In this document: one piece after another, positions 58,754 to 64,000 of the stretch
Numbering within the stretch: position 1 is the first letter of the stretch
Layout: every line of letters begins with the position of its first letter
Notes under the pieces: model-generated
Database searches by the model: none
Told to the model about the DNA's origin: nothing
What the model saw: the letters and a program-made list of their open reading frames with translations, nothing else
Made by a program: the position numbers and the translations under genes
Assembly: GCA_036444275.1 (NCBI GenBank)
Contig: JAZGAD010000033.1
Coordinates: 1-64,000, forward strand
DNA length: 64,000 nt
Direction of reading: 5' to 3'
Source: Candidatus Hydrothermarchaeales archaeon
GTDB taxonomy: Archaea > Hydrothermarchaeota > Hydrothermarchaeia > Hydrothermarchaeales > JAZGAD01

Positions 58754-59348
58754 GCAGGGAGATGTTGTTTTAATAGCTTTCCCTTTTACAGACCTTACCG
58801 ATAAAAAACCACGTCCTGTAGTTATAATATCTTCAGATTGGTATAATGATAGAAGGAAGGACATCATTGTTTCAGCAGTAACTTCACAAATCCCCACCAA
58901 TATAAGAAGAGACGAATTCTTAATTAATACGAAACGTGACCTCCACGCTAGTAGATTACCAAAACCTTTTGTAGTTAAATTAGGCAAAATAATGACTTTG
59001 GAAAAGCGTGATGTCATAAAGTCATTTGGTAGGCTTCCAGAGGACACAACTAGGAAAATAATCAAAAAATATTTCGATGTCTTAGGGCACCCCGAATATG
59101 CGTATGTTGAAAAAAAAGATGTTGAAGAATATCTGAGTGAACAAGAAAGCAAATTAAGGAGGATTTTTGGATTTGAGAAAGAAGAAAAAAAGAAACCTGA
59201 TTATTACTTCAAATCCCCAGAGTTTGATGAAACAAAAGTCATCCAAGAGCTATCTAAATTGAAAACAGATATGGATTGGGTTAAAAGACTGCTTTGGCTT
59301 ATAATCGGTTCCCTTATATGGTTAGTAAAAGCGAACCTTGGAAGCTGA
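58740..59348 (+). CDS. MazF/PemK-family toxin with coiled-coil plus TM C-terminal extension
   Basis: YRQGDVVLIAFPFTDL...KPRPVVIIS...TS, GRL; tail ELSKLKTDMDWVKRLLWLIIGSLIWLV; 14-nt overlap with pheA. Confidence 0.85.
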   Translation: MSRYRQGDVVLIAFPFTDLTDKKPRPVVIISSDWYNDRRKDIIVSAVTSQIPTNIRRDEFLINTKRDLHASRLPKPFVVKLGKIMTLEKRDVIKSFGRLPEDTTRKIIKKYFDVLGHPEYAYVEKKDVEEYLSEQESKLRRIFGFEKEEKKKPDYYFKSPEFDETKVIQELSKLKTDMDWVKRLLWLIIGSLIWLVKANLGS

Positions 59349-59565
59349 TTTGAGATCAATAAAGTGCGAAATTGGGTGCAACTCCCATCTCCATCATCTC
59401 GTGAATCAAGACCACTATGTTATGAGCTATCACCTTACATAGTAACTCGTTTTTCTGAGCAATAGGATTCTTTGATTTTAGGTGCAACCTTCTGAATAAA
59501 AGTGCAAAGCCCTTAAGAGTGGATAATACCTTTAAATTAAATGCAGCGATTTAACAAATATTACC

Positions 59566-60213
59566 ATGTTCCCGATAAAAGATGATAATCCAACGAAAAA
59601 GAAGGCATGGGTGACATATTCCATTATCCTCATTAACATTGCGGTCTTTGCCTATGAAATTGCTTTGACAAGTCAAGGTGCGCTGCAAGGCTTCATCTAT
59701 TCCTATGCAATTATACCTATGCATGTCGTAGCAGGCATTCATCTCCACACCCTTTTTACCTCAATGTTCCTCCACGGCGGGTTCATGCACATCTTTGGCA
59801 ACATGCTGTACCTCTACATCTTTGGCAATAACATCGAAGACATAATGGGCAAAAGACGCTTTCTAATATTCTACATACTCTGCGGTCTGGTGGCGTCCTT
59901 CCTCCAAATTCTTGTAAATCCAGCCTCTAAAATACCTAATCTAGGTGCCTCTGGAGCGATAGCTGGAGTGCTAGGCGCATACCTGGTGATATTTCCACAC
60001 GCGAGGATACATACAATATTGTTCTTCGGCTATTTCGTCCGCTGGGTACGGTTGCCGGCGATCCTAGTCCTAGGCTTCTGGTTCGTGATACAGCTCTTCT
60101 CAGGGTTGGGTAGTTTGGCCTATGCAACCTCAGATGCGGGCGGCGTAGCATTCTTTGCACATGTGGGCGGATTTTTGGCTGGAATGCTCTTGGTCTGGGT
60201 ATTCAAAAGATGA
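59566..60213 (+). CDS. Rhomboid intramembrane serine protease
   Basis: FLHGG..H..GNM, GASGA, AHVGG. Confidence 0.93.
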   Translation: MFPIKDDNPTKKKAWVTYSIILINIAVFAYEIALTSQGALQGFIYSYAIIPMHVVAGIHLHTLFTSMFLHGGFMHIFGNMLYLYIFGNNIEDIMGKRRFLIFYILCGLVASFLQILVNPASKIPNLGASGAIAGVLGAYLVIFPHARIHTILFFGYFVRWVRLPAILVLGFWFVIQLFSGLGSLAYATSDAGGVAFFAHVGGFLAGMLLVWVFKR

Positions 60214-60287
60214 TTATAAGTTATATTTACAGAAAAGTATAGAAAACTTGATTATCCCAGATTCCGGAGTCAGAGGATAGTAGCTCG

Positions 60288-61823
60288 TCATCCTCTGGAG
60301 AATACCTTTTTGAGGAATCCGCCGAATGTCGGGGCTGCTTTTTTTCGCTTCTGCCGGCTCCTCACTAACTCAACTGAGACACCGCCGTGCCTGGTTTTTC
60401 TGACCCTGATGTCTACGAATATGGGTTGCTCCACGACATCTCCTACAACTAAGGCTACTCCAGGCTGAAGCTGTTTTATCTCCTCCTCCATTTCTTGGGT
60501 GAATCCCTCAATACTCTGGCTTATAGCGCGTAGATCATTTGGATTAGTAACCTTCAGTATGATTTGGGTGTTGCACTGGCTCAGCACGTTCTTATCTATC
60601 CTGGCAGGCCTCTGAGACAAAACGCATAACCCCATGCCGAATTTCCTGCCTTCACTGGCAATGGTACGGATTATCTTAGAAGCGGCGGTTGTGCCAAAGC
60701 TACGCTCTGGTGCGAAGTTATGGGCTTCCTCAAGGAGGAAAAACAGAGGGGGTATCTTGCCACGCTTCCTGTCCTCAAAGATCTCATCGCTAATGCGTGC
60801 AACGACTATCTCTTGGATATCTGGATGTATCCCTCTTAAGTTGATTATCGAGACGGTGTCTCTCTTAACGATGTCTACTGGATGTACAGGAGACCCCTCG
60901 AAGATCCTACTCTCCCGGAGCATCTCTAGGTTCGTAATCAGGTTCCACTTGGACTTGCTCTCATGCTCGTGGATAATCTTTATTAGATCCTCGATAGTGT
61001 ATTTGCCGTAGCTCTTCACCAGCTTCAAAGCTTCGAATAGTATGCCCTTCTGGTTATCACTTAATCTGCTGGGCAGCATCTCCATGAAGTCAGCGATGTT
61101 CATCTGGGTTATATCCAAGGTAAGCTCCCTGTCTGCACGTGGGTTTACGTGCTGGTTGGGCGTAAACTCCACCACATTGTCGTATCCCTTCGGTGAGACG
61201 CCGAACTTCTGCATACCCTCGATCTCCCGCGGGTTTGTATTGGGATTCTTGAGAGATGCATACTCCCCATGAGGGTCTATGATGACGACAGGCACATTCT
61301 TCTCTATTAGTTCCTCTATCAAGACCCCAACAGTGTAGGATTTTCCGGCGCCGGTTTTTGCTAAGACGCATATGTGCTTCTGGATCAGCTTATTGGCATT
61401 CAGATAAACAGGGACTGAAGCTTCATGGCCTTCCAACAAACCTAGGTAGATCCCAGATTTTACCTCCAGGTTCAGCGCCTTCCTTATTATATTACCGTCT
61501 GCCTCATACACCTTTTCCCCGGGGCGAAAGGGCATCTTCGGTGCCTTGAGCAAGCCCCTCTCGTCGAGGTAGCCAATTACTTTGGCATTCGCCACTATAC
61601 GCTCCGATGCGTCTTCCCTAGGTATTGAGCTCCCAGTCATGGCACTGAGGGAGTACATCTCGTTGTATCTGCTTATAGAACTTACTTGAGCAAGGACCCA
61701 GCCATAGGCATCGTGGTTGACCTTGACGTACTCTCCCTTCTGGAGGTTAGATTCCTTGCTAACGATGAAATTGAAGTCCCCATAGCCTACTTCACCAAAG
61801 AGTATACCCACTATCTTGACCAT
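60288..61823 (-). CDS. HerA-like (HAS barrel plus DUF87) ATPase
   Basis: AKTGAGKS, IDPHGEY, LEEAHNF, EGRKFG, SQRP. Confidence 0.9.
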   Translation of the reverse strand: MVKIVGILFGEVGYGDFNFIVSKESNLQKGEYVKVNHDAYGWVLAQVSSISRYNEMYSLSAMTGSSIPREDASERIVANAKVIGYLDERGLLKAPKMPFRPGEKVYEADGNIIRKALNLEVKSGIYLGLLEGHEASVPVYLNANKLIQKHICVLAKTGAGKSYTVGVLIEELIEKNVPVVIIDPHGEYASLKNPNTNPREIEGMQKFGVSPKGYDNVVEFTPNQHVNPRADRELTLDITQMNIADFMEMLPSRLSDNQKGILFEALKLVKSYGKYTIEDLIKIIHEHESKSKWNLITNLEMLRESRIFEGSPVHPVDIVKRDTVSIINLRGIHPDIQEIVVARISDEIFEDRKRGKIPPLFFLLEEAHNFAPERSFGTTAASKIIRTIASEGRKFGMGLCVLSQRPARIDKNVLSQCNTQIILKVTNPNDLRAISQSIEGFTQEMEEEIKQLQPGVALVVGDVVEQPIFVDIRVRKTRHGGVSVELVRSRQKRKKAAPTFGGFLKKVFSRG

Positions 61824-61984
61824 TTCTGCCCCTCTTTATTTGCTTAGATTACGGAATGCGTAATAAAGCTTATCATGCCATGTAGAAATATTTATTCCCG
61901 TGAATAACAAAATGGTTGAAATGTGACTCACAGCCAGTGCCGAGCAAATTTAATGCTGTGAGATAAGCAGAAGGAGGTGACTAC

Positions 61985-62368
61985 GTGACTTTGGAGGACC
62001 TTAAAGCTAAGGATGTGATGATCACAGAGCTAGTTACGGTAAGCCCGAATGAGAAGATTGCCCTAACAGATCTTATCATGACCAGGCGCAATATAGGGGG
62101 CCTGCCGGTGATAGATAAAGGAAAGTTAGTGGGGATTATAACTCAACGCGACATCATGTTCGCCAGGAACTATGATATCGGCGGGTTAATGACTAAGGAT
62201 CTAATGACCAAGGAACTCATCACCGTTGAACAAGAGGCATATCTCAAAAACGTTTTGGGGTTGATGCTGGAGAACAAGATAGAGAGGCTGCCCGTGGTCG
62301 ATGATGGAAGGCTCGTCGGGTTGATAGTTCACGACCGCATCTTAAGGGCGGTGTATGAGGCTCTCTAA
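61985..62368 (+). CDS. CBS-pair protein
   Basis: GGLPV..GIITQRD; ERLPVV..G. Confidence 0.88.
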   Translation: MTLEDLKAKDVMITELVTVSPNEKIALTDLIMTRRNIGGLPVIDKGKLVGIITQRDIMFARNYDIGGLMTKDLMTKELITVEQEAYLKNVLGLMLENKIERLPVVDDGRLVGLIVHDRILRAVYEAL

Positions 62369-62479
62369 AAGCCTCTCATCGTAGGGCTTTTGAGGACCAG
62401 CTCATCGCAGACCTTGGAGAAGTTATCTCCGTCTAACCTAATGAAGGCGGAATGCTCTATCTTCAAACCAGAAAAGAGC

Positions 62480-62749
62480 TCACTCATGTTTTTTAGTATA
62501 CACTATGTTCTTCAACAGCACTATATCCCCAATAGACTTCACCGCCATATAAGGCACCACTATGCCCTTCCCTGTCTCTTCCAGGCCAGCCCTCTTGGCG
62601 AAATCCCCAACTAGCTTAGTCAGGACCACCCCCAGGACCTTCCCGGTCTCTGGGTCTACGGTGATGTCTTGGAGAGCGCCGATGTGCTTCCCGTCTTCGG
62701 AGAATACATCCAAACCCCTTATGTCATTCAGCCTTGAAACCATATACAC
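62480..62749 (-). CDS. PRC-barrel protein (CdpB-like)
   Basis: G..V.SEDG..IG...D..VD...G.V; VPY.AVKSIGDIVL. Confidence 0.85.
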   Translation of the reverse strand: MYMVSRLNDIRGLDVFSEDGKHIGALQDITVDPETGKVLGVVLTKLVGDFAKRAGLEETGKGIVVPYMAVKSIGDIVLLKNIVYTKKHE

Positions 62750-63360
62750 TACCTCCTTTCAGTCACGATCATCTTTGAATCCACTGCAACTGCTCCAGTT
62801 TCATTTACCACCAGTTTTATATCCATTTCTATTATTTCTTTTTTTTTCATCCCAAGCCTAGAAATATTGACTAGTGCATTGCTCGCTTCTGCCATATCTC
62901 TGTCACTCAAGACCTCATTAGCTCCTATCTCCTCCATCATTTTTAAAGCTTCTTCCTTGCTCACTGGGGCTAACCTATAAGTTGATTCCTTTAAGATACT
63001 GGAAAAGATGCCTCCCAGGCTCAATGTTACTGCTACTCCGAATCCCGGGTCACGTAGTAGGCCTATAGTAACTTCTTTACCAGGGGGAACTTTCCGAACG
63101 AAGACTGCTTTGCTCGAAGCTTCATCGTATACCGTGTCGCCTGCCATGACGCGATATGCAACCTTCAAATCATCCTCCGAAGCAGCTATCTCCCTTCGAT
63201 CATATGCATCGGGAAACCAGAGTACAACAGGATAACCCAATCTCTGTGCCATGTCCAAAGCTCCTGTCTCGCCCTTTGCTAAGCCGCCTTCGGAAGTAGG
63301 TATGCCGTATTCCCTGAGGATATCTGTGGCCTCAATTTCCCCTAAGAACCGTTTCATCAC
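62749..63360 (-). CDS. ADP-forming acyl-CoA synthetase beta-like ATP-grasp protein (divergent)
   Basis: L.EYGIP, GYPVVL, IG..RDP.FG, GGIF, RLAPV, E.DI. Confidence 0.7.
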   Translation of the reverse strand: MMKRFLGEIEATDILREYGIPTSEGGLAKGETGALDMAQRLGYPVVLWFPDAYDRREIAASEDDLKVAYRVMAGDTVYDEASSKAVFVRKVPPGKEVTIGLLRDPGFGVAVTLSLGGIFSSILKESTYRLAPVSKEEALKMMEEIGANEVLSDRDMAEASNALVNISRLGMKKKEIIEMDIKLVVNETGAVAVDSKMIVTERR

Positions 63361-63490
63361 ATCACTGCTTAGATTATTTTAAATAATTTCGGTGCCCAAG
63401 TGGAGGATTCTGCTTCCCACTCCAACTCCACTGCACATTGCATTGCACATTATCATTGGTACTATAACGACCTGTAATCTATCAATTTGC

Positions 63491-64000
<510 letters not shown>

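Larger units (their letters stand above)
57394..59511. mobile_element. Non-autonomous TIR-bounded cassette carrying pheA-like gene and mazF-like toxin
   Basis: TIRs GGCTTTGCAC (57394-57403) / GTGCAAAGCC (59502-59511); flanking direct repeat cttgagagt / cttaagagt; AT-richer interior; no transposase. Confidence 0.65.

Noticed and set aside
60288-61823. HerA-like ATPase as a defence system
   Set aside because: No nuclease or Sir2 partner is adjacent and composition is host-like; stand-alone HerA paralogs are common in archaea.

Overview
This 64-kb window is archaeal chromosomal DNA, euryarchaeote-like. Evidence: ATP-dependent ligase, GINS, rpl44e-rps27e-aIF2alpha-nop10-PAC2, GGGP synthase, Tsr3, L40e, Ftr, CdhB, two FrhB-family proteins and multiheme cytochromes. 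The gene set would fit an anaerobic H4MPT/F420-using archaeon such as Hydrothermarchaeota (inference). Most of the window is housekeeping and metabolic genes plus tRNA-Ser(CGA) and tRNA-Val(CAC), interrupted by small AT-richer accessory patches rich in intact and decayed toxin-antitoxin genes. Main observations: (1) A transposase-less 2.1-kb cassette (57394-59511) has 10-bp terminal inverted repeats and a 9-bp target duplication. It carries a prephenate dehydratase-ACT protein ending in an antitoxin-like tail, overlapping a MazF/PemK toxin with a C-terminal membrane anchor. (2) An ABC ATPase is fused to a signal peptide, Ig-like domain, TSP3 Ca-binding repeats and one TM helix. (3) One FrhB/FpoF-like protein is circularly permuted and the other has normal domain order. 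(4) A cluster holds paired tetraheme nanowire-like cytochromes, a hexaheme cytochrome and a signal peptidase. (5) Several small cassettes are bounded by direct repeats. No CRISPR array, rRNA, integrase or transposase was seen. All family calls come from reading motifs by eye; no database searches were run.
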